From Lobosporangium transversale (lineage: Eukaryota): DNA of 64,000 bases. The notes beneath the pieces were generated by a model. It saw nothing but the letters and a program-made list of their open reading frames with translations. It was not told where the DNA came from and ran no database searches. The stretch is from NCBI RefSeq assembly GCF_002105155.1, contig NW_019028989.1:62001-126000 (forward strand), read 5' to 3'. The translations under genes and the position numbers were made by a program. This document shows positions 11,642 through 24,979 of this stretch, piece after piece (position 1 is the first letter of the stretch; every line of letters begins with the position of its first letter).

Positions 11642-14600
11642 TTAAACATTCGAATCTTCTTCTCCCCATGTACCGACCGTAGCAGCTGTAGCAGCAGCAA
11701 CAGCGCAAGAGTAGATGTCTGAAGGAGATGTAGTAGAGAGTGTCAGACCAGGCTCAAACTTTTGTAAAAAATCATCACTCTCATTCACTACATGTTGTAC
11801 ATCAGCAGCTACAACCGCCACATTGGCACTGGTTCGATCATATGATACAACATTTCCATCAGGTCCCATGGGTATATAGTGATGATGACCACTAGGCTGT
11901 GACGACGAAGTGGGAGAAGAGAGTTCAATCGGTAGCAGGACATCTGAAAACGATGATGAGAGTAAAGTTGATGCTGTAGAATCCAATGGAGGCGTTCCCG
12001 GTCGGGAAGAGTTGGCGACAACATTTTCAGAATCGAGTTGTTTATGGTTCCGATATTGGTGCTGATTCTGGAGCCGAAGCTCTTGCTGAATCCACAAGGA
12101 ATCACTAGCTGGATCAAATTCGAGATCCAGTCCCAACCCTTCAGTAAGCTCTATGGGCGACGATGACAGTATTGGATCTGACGAGAGCAGCGACAAAGGC
12201 TGTTGATCTATCACAGTAACAGCTCCTTCATCTTGTTGGCTAACTGATGTTACCGTCGTTGGGGTTGGAAACCAGCCATACAGATTGGCTGTTATTGCAT
12301 CATTTGTTAGTAGATCCTGTCCAGCAAGATCAGATTCGGGCGTGCCTAGAGCGGGCTGCTGTGTTCCATATACGTCATAGTCGTCTCCAGCCTCAGAATA
12401 CAGTAGGCGATCAATCTCAGATTCGTCCAATTCCGTCTCGTCTCCTTGATCCGACTGATCGTCATCGTCGTCATCATCTTCCTCCTGTCCAAGCTCATCA
12501 TCTGCCCCCAATTCACCTCGGCCGATTTCTTCCAGGACATCGGGCTGCTGACTACTACTACCCATAGGAAATACCATTGTTCCAAAATCAAAGTCTGGCT
12601 GCGGTGCTGTGTTAACTGAGAAGCCATTACCGCAAATATCCTCCGTTCCCAGATCCGACATCCACTCATCAAAACAACTCAAGAAATCTGTATTCACCTG
12701 CGCAGTGTCCAAAACCTCCGATGTGTCTGTCACAGATACAGATGTAGGCACGGGCATGGGCGTGAGTACAGGTGCCTCCACAGGTAATGATGTTATTGCA
12801 GGAGAAGAAGATAGTGTTATGGCTGTAGTAGCAAAGTCAGTTGTGCCTGTATTCACAGACAAGTCTGTAGAGCCTTCTTCTGTCAGACTGGGCAGAGTAG
12901 AAATGGCGATAGGATCCGTCTCCGGGGGTTTTGAAGGGGTTATTATAGAAGATATGGTGGTTGGAGGCAGCATATCATCCTTGGGGGCCATAGAGGATGG
13001 ACGTTGCCTCTTAAATGCTTTGATCAAAGACATCTGATCGGCGATAAAGTCCGCATCCCTATTTATGGAGACTAATTGTTGTCGGCCTAATATTGGAGAT
13101 GATGGAGGCGATAGTTGGTTTTCCTTGTCATCAAAAGCTGCGTGAGCCCGCTTGTTCCTACTGTTGATGTTGTTGCTAGTATTATAAGGAAGTGGTGTGT
13201 TTTTGGCCATTGTTAGGGCAGGGGAAACAGCCGTTAAAAAGGAACGCGTCTTGGTAGGTGTGGAAGATCGTGCCGATGCCAAAATGTTTTCAGTACTTGG
13301 AGCCTTCTGAACTGGGTTCAAAGGCTTCTTCTTTTTTGGTGTCATAAGCAAAGAAGGTCCTTTAAATGGAGATAAGGTTGAGAGAAGCGAGTTCTTATTT
13401 GTGGCGGTGGTAGTCGCTCGTGATGATGCCGAAAGAAGTTCTCGCTTTCGTTGCTGATTTTGCTGCTGCTGTTGTTGTTGTCGTTGCAATTTCTGTCGGG
13501 ATGGCGAAGCTTCTAGACGGCGTTGTCTATCCTCCTCTTCTATTTGATGTTGTTGTAGTTGAAGCAACAGTTGTTTACGCTTTTGCTGCTGCAATTGCTG
13601 CTGTTCTAACTGCCGTTGCCTTCGAAGTAGTTCCTGCTCTTTTAGCCGATTCTGCTGAAGCTTTTTTTGTTGACGTAGACGATGTTCTTCTAATTCTCTT
13701 TGCTGCTGTTGCTGCTGTTGCTGTTGTATCAGCTGCCGGAGCTCATCTTTTAATGCAGATTTGAGTTCGCTATTGGTATCAAACGTATTCCTCCGTTGAA
13801 TCTCCATCTGTCTTGGTCTGGGTGCTGGATTGATAGTTGAGTTCTCGATATATGTAAATTTGTCTACCACCTTTAACGATGATGGTGATGGTGATGGTGA
13901 TGGTGATGGTGATGGTGATGGTGATGGTGATGGTGATGGTGATGGTGATATGGGCGGTGATGCTCTACTACTAGTAAGTAGAGCCCTAGGAGCTCCAGGT
14001 GATAGCGTAGACCTGCGAGATGTAGTTCTAAGGTAACCTAAGTCATTACCTACTAACGAAGTTTTCTGGTGAGATGATCTTTGGGCGTGAACCCTCTGAA
14101 AGGCTAACTGTTGCTCCGTTTGCATCTGTTGTAGTTCCTGAAGCTGCTCAAGTTGTTTCTGTTGAAGCTCTTCTAGCTGAAGCCTCTGATGCTCAAGTAG
14201 TTCTTCTTGGGTCATGGTCAGTGTAGGAAGATCGGGGTCTAAAGTTGCCTTAGCTGGTACGCGACGCATAGGCGGCCGAGTCAGTGTAGAAAGGCGAATA
14301 TCAATCTCATCGCCGTCATCTGAACATGTATCATCATCATCAGATAAAAACTTCAATTGACGCCTAACGCGGTTTTTGACGGGGGTTTTCCATGGTATAG
14401 GCAGGGAATGAGACCCAATTAAAATTGGTTGGTCCCGATCATCTGTTTTCTTAGAATGTGGCGTTTTTCCTGTTTCAACAGCCTTGCTCGGGGAAATAGG
14501 GATTCCAGGGGATGCTGTACGGCTAGAACGACTCGGCGTGACCAATGTTTGATTCGTATTAGCCGTTGTTACTTTCGATGGAGTAGCACAAGGTTTATTG

Positions 14601-15885
14601 TTTGTCTTAGACAAACTCCGAGATACTTTTGCATTATCAGCTTCAGAACTATCTTCAAGACTTTCTTCGAAAAGCTCTGCAACCATGTGCAGAGGTTGCT
14701 CTTCTAAACCTCTGTTAACTTTGTAATGCGCGTAGGCAAGCCGCGATCGCAATACGCGTAGGTGCTGTTGTCCAAAATTTTTAAGATAGTGACGTATACA
14801 ATAAGGAGGGACTAAAAAGTCAGAACAATCACAGGTAATATAGCAAGACATAACATATTAAGGAAGGCATAATAAAGGCTTCAAGTATTACAAACCTTAA
14901 TGATAGCTGTCCTGTTCATGACACGTCGAGTGGCCTCCAAGTCCCGCATCTCATTTTCATCTTTGATTTGAGCAGCCAAGAGTGCAGCCTGCTGTCGCAG
15001 GATTGTCTTTTTATACTGTCTTTTCGGTGGTGCTCCAGTCGGTATAGTGCCTTCCGCAGATGTGGCGGCTGCTGCTGTCCCTGAAGACGATGTTACTGTA
15101 GATGATGAAGCAGATGTGTTGGCAACAGTCATTGTCGGTGTGGGAGTGGGAAAATTCTGTTTGGTTTTAGCCTTGTAAGGCCCCCGCGGCCGTGTAAGCG
15201 ACGATTCTGGACCCGCAACTGGGGCCTGAAATGGATTGGGCAACTCTTTTAGCCCATTCGCGATATCATTTGAGTCAATATTGGTTGTCTCGTCCCCATC
15301 TCTAGTTTGTTGTTGTTTCTGTGGCTTCATAGTGTCTTGAGTATTGGGCTTATCGACTTTATCCAGCTGTTTTGAATGAGCGTGGCTGTCTAATGCTTGT
15401 TTCATATCAGTTTGGGGCCGTTGTTCCTTCAGTTGTTGTTGTTGTTGTTGATGCTGCTTTTGATGTTGTCTTTGAAGACATTGTCGTTGCAAGAGTTGTT
15501 GTTTTTGGACATGGCTTTCTAGGAGTGCAGTGAAATCGTTGGACGAAGTGAGTGCGCATAAATCCGATTCATCCAAATCACTATCATCGAAGCTGTATTC
15601 GTGTTCACTATTGTCTTCATCCTCATCATAGTCAAGCACAAGTTGGTTGTCATCGGGATGAGACGCAGTCACAAAGGGCGAAGGTAGGTGTGAATGTTGA
15701 TTATGTGCGAGAGTGTCGCGCCTATTTGGCGGTGATGGTTGTTTCATGCGTCGGATAGGTGTCCTTATTCTTGAGGCAGAGGCATGTGCCTTGGCTGCAT
15801 TAGCAAGAAGCGCATCAAGAGCTAGGAGTGTGCTTGAGTGCTTTGAGCTTGAGTCTGGGCCTGGTCCCGACCCTGACATAGACAT
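11642..15885 (-). CDS. Large Gln/Ser-rich protein with a Whi5/Nrm1-like GTB motif (probably 2 exons)
   Basis: LRSRLAYAHYKVNRGLEEQPL (~14695-14757) resembles the Whi5 GTB motif LRxRLxYAxxK. Many S/T-P-x-K/R CDK-type sites. ORFs 14881-15885 and 11642-14851 are separated by an intron-sized gap. Confidence 0.7.
13881..13949. repeat. (GATGGT)n hexamer repeat encoding poly-SP
   Basis: Directly visible; it encodes SPSPSP in the minus-strand ORF. Confidence 0.95.
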
Positions 15886-17699
15886 GATGATAGAATGACG
15901 GTTAGTGAATAAAAAGATGAATATTCAACCTTAATATGGATGTCAATCGATAAATCAGCGTATGTGTGGGAGCAAGATAAAGTGAAATAAAATGTTTGTG
16001 ATAGAGAATGAGTAACTGAACAAGTAGTTAAATGGTGGAAGGAAAGGAGTGGAAAAAAAAAGGTCGTAACAAAGTGTTGATTGGATCTCGCGTTGAAGGA
16101 GTTTTTTTCGTTTTAGTTTTGCCTTCGTGCTGGGAATGAACTTAGAAACGCGAATTAAACAGGGCAGGAGTGGCTTATAATTTTTACTCATCAAGGCTTG
16201 CTCTTTCTCTTCCAAGTTCAATTAAAATGTTGGCGCCGAAGGGTGAGGGTATCGTAAATCTGTCTCAAACATTTGGCTCACCTAGAAAAGCTCCGGGATA
16301 AAAAGACGTAAACCCACGGAGGCTACAGGCTCAAATGAGACTCCAGGATGAGCAGTATTTTTTTTTCTGGACCAGCTTTTCCTCACTGAGAGGGTAGGAA
16401 CTTGAGAAAAGACGGCAAATGCAGCGTTACTAAATAGAGAAAGAAAAAGGAATGAAGAAATAATTTGCCTTGAAAGGCTGCCCACTCGAGAAATGCAGCG
16501 GGTCATGGCAATTTTCCCGAACTGCCACTGATAGTAATAAAGATCACTTTCTCTGTTGAAAGTAAAAGTAGTGTTCGTCGTGCTATAGTCATGTAGACTT
16601 GGCTAAATAACGTAGACTATCGTATTTATCTAATAGTCAATTTCGCCATGTGCTTCCCTCTTTGGCTCGCTTTAGCAACAAAAACACTGATGAACGTTTG
16701 CAGGAGCTTTCCTTCGTGCCCAGGAAAGCCCCCGAAAGGATCTGATACATATTTATTCTTTTTAATATTAGCACTATACGCTCTGGTTTATCTACTGCTT
16801 GGAGCCCTATAAAGCAAAAAACATCCTCCTGTATGTTGCTTTCCACCATATCCTTCCCGATAGATGTTATATAGATGGGTCTTTAGGCCAGAATCTGGTT
16901 CAGATTCATAACTTAAAGGCACACTTTCAGGGGGAGGGGGATTTAGTAATATGTCGGCATATTGGTCATTGTTTACTTTTAAGCTGAATTTTGGTAGTAT
17001 TCGCCCCTCTATACACGACCATAAAGTTACCTTGACTCGATACTGTGCGCTCTAATAGTTCAGCACCGTGGTCCTCAACGAGCTCTGGGGAGTATGAATG
17101 GAATAAGTAGAAGCATAAAACAGATAATGGTCCTAATCGGCTTCATATTGTACATGGTCTAATACTCTAGGCACACGTGCTATACCAGGACTATCCACCC
17201 CAGCGGTCAAGACTGGACTTCGTCATCAGGGGGATTTGCCTTAAAAATTTATCGACTTATCACAACAATCAATTGTGAGAGAGAATCGGGGAGCAATCAC
17301 TACCTGTCAAGGCCTACAGTCCTGGCCACTCGCTTTGAAGGCTCTACTGATGCTATGGAGGATCTTCAATGTTGTCTCCTGATAATAGTGGATCACTATA
17401 GCTACTGTCTTTGTTATAGTTCCCCGTCTCACTCTCCCAAGCATATAGGCGCTTTGCTGATTGATAAATAGAGGGATGGCCGTTTATCCTGAGAAAGGCT
17501 ACGGTCATGATCTGTTATGATATTGTCCTGCTGCTTGACAGCTTTCTCTTGACTTGTAGCAAGTCGAAACTAGTTCATATATTCACAGACTGAAGAATGG
17601 GCACTACAACAACATCGAAAAGTGAAAACAATGATCGTTTTACTTACAAATCCGAGAAATCCAAATCCACTACGGCAGCGAGGGGTTTCCTTAGGAGTC

Positions 17700-17925
17700 C
17701 CAGCGAAGCGGGACAACAATGGTTGGAGACCAACTTCCCGAGGCAACATATGCGCAGGGCAGACGTTTTCGGTACTAGCCGCATCACGATCAAAATACAC
17801 CTCGCATCTACTACAGTGCCTTGACGTTGATGGGACCAATTCTAGGGAGCTGCTGTGGCTGATATGCTAATGAAATACCCATCAATGCCAACAACTTCTT
17901 ATCCTAGCGATTTGATCTGACGCTG
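17700..17925 (-). pseudogene. Degenerate Fanzor/TnpB-like RuvC C-terminal fragment
   Basis: Minus strand reads QIKSLG*EVVGIDGYFISIS (RuvC-II-like), then after a frameshift HCSRCEVYFDRDAASTENVC (Zn ribbon plus RuvC-III-like RD...N). Confidence 0.6.
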
Positions 17926-19239
17926 TCACTGCTAGAGTCAAGGACTTGGCCTACAATCAATTGACTAACAAAAAAAGAATGTGGCTCAAATAACAACTTG
18001 CCTCTAGCAAATAAAAGACCAGGAAGAAGTAGAAAGTAAAAGATATAGGCACTTGATGTTTTGTTTATCTATAGGCTGGGAAGGCGATGAGCACAGGAGG
18101 AGAGAAAAGTGGTGGGAGTTGGTAAATATACAGAGAAGTGGAGGCAAGTGAGTAACTGTGGTGATAAATGTAGCTTTATATGGTCATTACCGATTTTTAC
18201 TCATTTTTATTACTTCCTTGGCATGCGCTCATATGCATGATGTGTAAAAAAATGTATCAGGTAGGTTGGAACATTGGCATTACTTCCATGCACCATAGCT
18301 ATGGCCTCGTATTGGCGACAAAAAGTCAATAGTCGGTTGATCCTACGCTTCCTATGCTAGTAGGAAGCACAGAGAACCGGATCTGGCCTGCCTATGGGTT
18401 AATGAAAACTAAATGGCAAATTTGCCCGTTTTACGCCCTAAGAGATAGTGTAAGGAGAGCCAGTTTTGCTCACCACAATTATCAGTGGAAATGAACCTGA
18501 GCGACATATTGGGCCACTACCAATAGGTCCAATCTTTCAATTAAAACTAACGGAGGCGAGATAGCTGGGATGATGGAGTAGATTATTAATAAATGAGCTC
18601 ATTAGAGCAGATGCAATCCAAAAATAGTTTCTTCTATCTCAGGGACATATTATACCAATGACCGTCAAAAACTCCACGAATTGGGGACGCTCTCTAGTCG
18701 TTGTTGACATATCAAGTCCCCCAAGGAATTTGAGTTGATAAAAGGCCGATGCGTCCTTTATAGTCCTGAAAGACCAGTATGCTACCATCACCTTTTTAAA
18801 GTTTCGATTTATAGACCTCCACATTGTCAAGCTGAAGGCTTTTTGTCCCTGCTCGGGTAACTAGACTGCTCAGGCTGACAACAAACTTCATTCATTGCTT
18901 TGCCACAAATATTGACTACTCCAGTATGACAGCTGAAGTTAAAATCCAATTAGTATATAGGAAAAGCCTTCTTTTAATTTGTATGCTGATAGTCATCCCA
19001 CATTGGTCTTCAAACTCATCATAAAGATCTCTTGTGAGACTTGTCTTTCTATAGTTTACGCTGATACGGATTGTTTGCAAATAAAACAAATCATGGTTTA
19101 AATAAAGACGAAGGAAAGCGACATAAAAAAAAAAATACAGATCATTTTCCATTGTCATTGCCATTACTATTCCTATAGCTACTGATACCAGTGTTGCTCT
19201 ATCTAAGAAGGCGTAAACCAAGGCGTAAAAAATGTTTCT

Positions 19240-21416
19240 CTAGTCAAGCACCTTCAAACGACTAAACTCCTTGCTCTGGATCGCTTTCTCCATCAACTTC
19301 ACAGGTGACAGCTCCTGTGCCAGATCCACTCCATTCAAAAAAAGCTTCATCAACGCTCCATTAAAGCCTGATACCATCGCCACTCCAGACTGGGATGATG
19401 CCACCGGCTTGTTTCCCTTGTTTGACCCACGTAGGTCCCAAAATACAATTTGAGGCAGCATATATCCAGCCTTTTTGAATTGTCGCTTGACCACTTTATA
19501 ATTTGTAAACATTTCACCGCTGGTACCTGCCCCTTGTACTGCTGTATCAAACTCCATGTCGGAAAAGATAAACAAAGTCTTGACCATATCTTGCTGATCC
19601 ACCTTGTTTTGGACAGCAATTTGTAAGATGTGATCAAATGCCTTGGCAAGATCAGTTGTGCAACCCCATTGCATACGTCTTAAATCATTCACTTTTGATT
19701 TCAACGATCCTTCTTTCACTCTATGAACTTGAGGTGCCTCAGAGAATGTGAGTACTAGTTGATTGAATGGCGGTCGAGTTAGCTCTGTCAAAAGTAGAGA
19801 TAACGCGATTGCTACCTCTATCGGCTCTCCTGACATAGATCCCGAGACATCACATATTGCCATCGTCGACTCCATAGAACCAGTTTTCGCCAATCGGTCA
19901 ACATAAGACCTCCACTGCGCCTCTAAAGTCTTCATACCAAGATCTTCATCGGGGTTACCGCAAAAGCTGAAGGCTTCTCTAACCAGCTGGTGAGGCAGCA
20001 GCGCTTGCGCTGCAATGGTTGTCTCGCCCTTGGCAAGTGACTCCAAATATATCTCGAATCTCTCCTTGTCGTGTACCTCAAATAGATGTTTGTTATTCTT
20101 CATGGCGATGGCTGGGACGCGGTTATAGGCGATCGTATCCCATCGTTGGGACGACATCAAAGTCTCCAGCACGGGCGTCACTTTACGTAGTGGGACATAA
20201 AACTGCTGGCGTAGTAGTTCTCGAACTCGATTCACATATGCAATATGGTCCTCCTGAGGTCTCTTGTCCGGGGAGATAATCTGGGCAATAGTGCTGTTTC
20301 CTTGTCATGAAGCTGCTTTAGGCTCGGGCACCATTTTGCCGCTAAAGGTATTGTTTTCCCTTGTTCTAACCGTGACTTGTCGCGGACAAGAGCGTTAGCA
20401 AATAGCTGTGCAATCCCCAAATGTAAAGCCCTATAGGCCGTATCATCCATAAACTTCGATCTGGCGCGTTCCAATCGATCTTGATCTCGTGCTAGGCGAG
20501 CTTTGCGCGCCTGATCTGAAAATGTTCTCTGTCGCTCCTCCTGATTCGCGGCCCTAGCGCCTTTATCAGTGGCAAAGCGATCTGAATCGGGTAAATCAGC
20601 CTCAAGTCGGGTTTTCACGAGCTTTTGATGACTACGCGACTCCATTTTCGTTGCGTTCCGGCCATGACCCTTTTTCGGAATCCGTTCTCTTGTAGACAGG
20701 TGGTAATTTATGCGGTTCTGGCGAACCTCGAATACCAGCCAGTTCAACATATCTTTCCAGTAGCCATGGTCAGGGATAAATTTCAGGTTATAGAGCATTG
20801 TTTTTGGATGTTCGTCCCTCAAGAACTGCATGCAAACATAGAACCCTCGTCGATCTCCCTTGCCATGTACAATAGAACGGAGTTGGAAAATCAGGCGCAG
20901 AGTATCGAGCGGGTTGCTTGGCCAGGATTCACGTGCTAGCTTTAGGATTGTCTCAGATTGAATTCCATGTAGAACCTCGAAAAAGAAATCCAGACGAGGA
21001 TCACCGCTCGATGCAAATGTTGGCGCTCCATTTTCCGTTACAGTCATTGGCAGACAGGCAACGCCTTCTTGTTCTGCAGCATCTTGCAAGAGCATATCAA
21101 CGAACGGTGAAGACACAGTTTGAGTGGTAGTGGCAGTAGGTTCAGAGGTTGTTATGTTTATAGGACCCGGAGAATCGACTATCGTATCGACCAAACGTTC
21201 TGGTAGCAATGCAGTTACGGTCAAAAGTTCGTGATCATATTCAAGTATATCATACTCATCATCACTATGGCCCGAAAGCTTATTTCGCTCGACTATCACG
21301 GTATCATCTTCACATGAAGGAAGGATCTGCGTTTGTTTAGTAGATGTGATGGTCCTGGGGGTTGCTAGCTTTGGCAAAGGAACAATAAAAGGCAGCGAAT
21401 GATCTTGTTGAGGCAT
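19240..21416 (-). CDS. DUF2828-type vWA-domain protein with a frameshift near 20290 (pseudogene or assembly error)
   Basis: TENGAPTFASSGDPRLDFFF, LRSIVHGKGDR, GYWKD, AAKWCPS, MIDAS-like CDVSGSM, FIFSDMEFD and IVFWDLR, split over two frames. Confidence 0.88.
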
Positions 21417-21644
21417 CACAGTGAAGCAAATGGGATACGGAATGAATAGAGCAGAAATGAATAGAGCAGAAATGAAAAAGAAGAGAGGAGACAGTGAAAA
21501 GTAAAGAAAGCAAAATTATAAAAATAAATAAAAAGTGAAGTATTGAATATTCTCGGGGGCGGAGCTCAAAGAAAAAAATGCAGAAAAAGCTGCGGAACAA
21601 AAAACACCAATAGTTTTTTTATTTTTATTTTTTTATTGTGATTA

Positions 21645-24600
21645 TTATTCAATGCGCGTAGATTTAGACGACAAATCCCACAACGATTCAGTCACTATTG
21701 GGTCAAAGGTATGAGTCTTCATTCCATTAGTCCGCGAGTGAGGCTGACCTCCGTCTGCACTGCTCCCGTTCAACGGATTGATTAAACTCAGCCATAAGTT
21801 ACTATCCGAATCAACTCCTTGACTTGCTGAGGCCCAATATGCATCATGCGTATTGCCTTCAATCGAATCACCAAGAGGATTAAGTTGTTTTGGACGCAAA
21901 GGGGGAAGAGGTATTTGGGGAAACTGCTGAGAGAGTAACGAGCTTCCTTGCACCGTCTTCTCCATGTTTACATCTAAATCTACATCTGGATCTGGCTCAC
22001 GTTCAAGGCTCTCCCACAATTCCATGGCCTGTTCAACAGATTCCATAAGCTGAGCATTCTCCTGTCCTAACATTTGAATCTCATTTTCTAGTTGCTGCGC
22101 TTGCAAACTTTTTTTCTGAACTTCCTCTTCCAAAGCTGCGATCCTAAGATTAGCTTCACGAGCCTTCTCCTTACTGGCTTCTGCTGCAACTTTCCATACA
22201 ACTTGTTGTTGTTCTAATCGCTGCAGTCTCAATTGGAGGGGAGCCACCTCATTTTCGTGCAACTGCGTCGTTTTAGATGCCCAATCAGATTGTTCTGTTT
22301 CTAGTCGCTTGATCTCAGTTTGAAGGCGCTGACATTCAGTCTTTAAGGGCATAATTTCCGACTTGGTATTGGCTAAAGTTGATTGAACCTGTTGTTCCAA
22401 TGTTTGGATGGCCTGCATTGTGTCTTCCAGCTTTGGTTGAGTAGAAAGTGTCGATTGGCGTAGTTCTAATAACTCCTCTTGGAGAGCGGACGCATGGGCG
22501 TCTGCCTGCTTGATCGACTCTTGTACAAAGGAGAGTTTTTGTCGGCGCTTTTGATCCTGTATCAGAGCCTTGGATTGCCCTCGACCAATGCCCTCTAACT
22601 CCTGCCGTAATAGAGACTCACTTTTGTTCTGATCCCGCCTTAACTTTTTAAGAGCAACTTTAGTAGCGTTTGCAGCATCCACTGATGCCTGAATAGATGC
22701 CTGAAGTTGTTCGAAAAGTAATTGGTTGGTGTTTTTTTGTTCTCTTGCTGCAGTGCACTCCACGGGCTGATTAGAAGCCGTCTCAGAGTGAGGATCGCCT
22801 GGAAGCATTGTCAAAGGATTTTCTATTACTGAGTTTGATAAAGATGCTGCCGCCACATTCGTCGCTCCTGTTGCCTTGGACCGATTCGTCTCCATTCCCT
22901 TCTCTGAAGGATCTTGTTGGCTCTTTTGGTTTTTTTTATTTTTCCGGTTTCTAACTTTGGAGGCAGGCTCAGCCGGTTTTTCTTGCTTTACAGAGCTTCT
23001 TACCGGCATGGGCATCCCAGCTAAATTTGAGAGATGGATGTAAACAATGTCAGAACATTTCAGAAATTTTATTATGGCAATACTAAAGTCCATCCAAGGC
23101 AATTCACCCTTCACGCCACAGTTACGTATTAATGTACTTACGTGGCGCTGCACGGGTACCAACTCTGCTCACAAAGCTAGAGAATTGATGAACTTTCATC
23201 TCAATCTCATAGTCTGTCGATGGAGTGAGGCCGTATACCGTAAAGCTTTGCTCGTCCGGAAAGTGATACTGAACTTGGTGCCAAGGAATGTAATTAACGT
23301 GTATCACAATCTCTGAAGTTGAAATAATCTTAGGAGTCGATGTCGTCTTGGATTGTCGTGATGAAGATGAACTACTAGCGGGTCCGATTTTAATAGATGA
23401 AAGGTCCACAGTTTCAGGCACAACTTCTAAACCCCCTGCTGCGTTTGTCTCCGGTGTTACTGATGATGAAGTATTTACAGATGAGTTCTGCGCCATCGAT
23501 TGATCCTGAGATGGCGTTTCTGACAGAGCATTGAGGCAAAATGAAACAGTGAAAGGCGTGATTTCTGTTATGCAGAGCTCAAATCGAAGATTGCTGGAAG
23601 GATCTACTGAGCGTGTCGAGGACGTACGCTTGGATGACGATCTAATAAATGAAAATATATAAAAATAAATTGTACCAGCACCAATTTACCCTAATTAATG
23701 CCATGCAAATTGAAAAGGAGTTGCTTCTGAATTCAAAATCTAAAAATGCTTGCATGGATTACCTCAAAGACACTGGACCTTCTTTTTGTGTACCTACATA
23801 GTTGAGATATCGACCTTGGATAGGATCCGGCTCAGTACTATGTAGCATGACATCCACCAACTCCGACATGAGGATATATAAACCAAATCCGACAGTATGC
23901 ACTGGAATGACTCTGTAAGCCGTGAGATCGATGATAGAAGCTGAAGAGGGATCCTTGCGATAAATGTCAACGAGCCCAAACAAGAACCAAAGCAGACAAG
24001 AGACTGAATCACCAAAGACTAAGCCTCGTGTAAGATTGATCACATAAAAGTATACTAGAATGTTGGCAACCGTTGGCAACAAGCCAAGTCGATCCTGATG
24101 CAGAAATAATTGGCCAACGAGGAGGTCGAGCATACCCAAGAATGAAGTTAGGCCAAGCCCATGTTTGATCGATGTCTGAAATGCCCTTCGCAATGCTACA
24201 ATTGACTGAACACAGAATCCGATCCACTCGAGCCGTGTTGGTAGTGAGGTCATTTGGCCATTGATAGCAAACATGACAACGTAGAACGCAACTAAATCAA
24301 ATAGTTTATGGTGCATGGAAAAGAACACTTTGAGATGATCCTGACACCGATTTGTGAATCCCAACCGGAAAATAGATCCTGTCTGCTCATCTCCTGCTCT
24401 TGCTTCATCAACTTTCAGATCTAGTACATCCTCTGTTCCAGACGAGTCTGCCGATTTGGAGGTGGAGGCCAACTGCGCCCTTACAGTTTGAGTCAAGTTG
24501 TCCTGGCTCATCGAGCCATTGCTATAGCCACCACCTGAGGAGCGGGAGCTCTCGCTTCCAGTGTCCGTAGAGAGAACAGAGGAGGCCAAGGTGCTGTTCT

Positions 24601-24979
24601 TAACAATTGCAACCGGCTTTTGTGGATTTGAACCGCCCGTTGGGCTTGATTTCAGCTGAGCAGATAAGGATGCGCTGCTGAGACTCAATGTAGATGGAGT
24701 GTCGTGTGAGGGCTTACTAAACGTCGTATCCCTGTTGCACCCAACGCTGGTCTTTCGAGATGTGCTGTTGTTGCAGTGATAGTTGGCAAAAGTCTCAGTA
24801 TTCTCAGTGTTACTCTTTCTACCGGTGTTGGAGACAAGAAGTGATGAGGATATAGGTAGCGGTTGCTGTAGATGTTGCTGTTGTCCACGCTGTGTTTGTT
24901 GTTTTTGTTGTTGACGTAAAGTAGCAGGTTGTTTCTGTTTTGAATGCTGCTTATGTTGCTGCGGCTGCTGAAGAGCCAT
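21645..24979 (-). CDS. Membrane protein with an FN3-like domain and a long coiled coil, multi-exon
   Basis: Hydrophobic segments at ~23850-24300, FN3-like VYGLTPSTDYEIEM (~23200-23245), and coiled coil at 21990-22720. Likely ATG at 24979. Confidence 0.7.
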
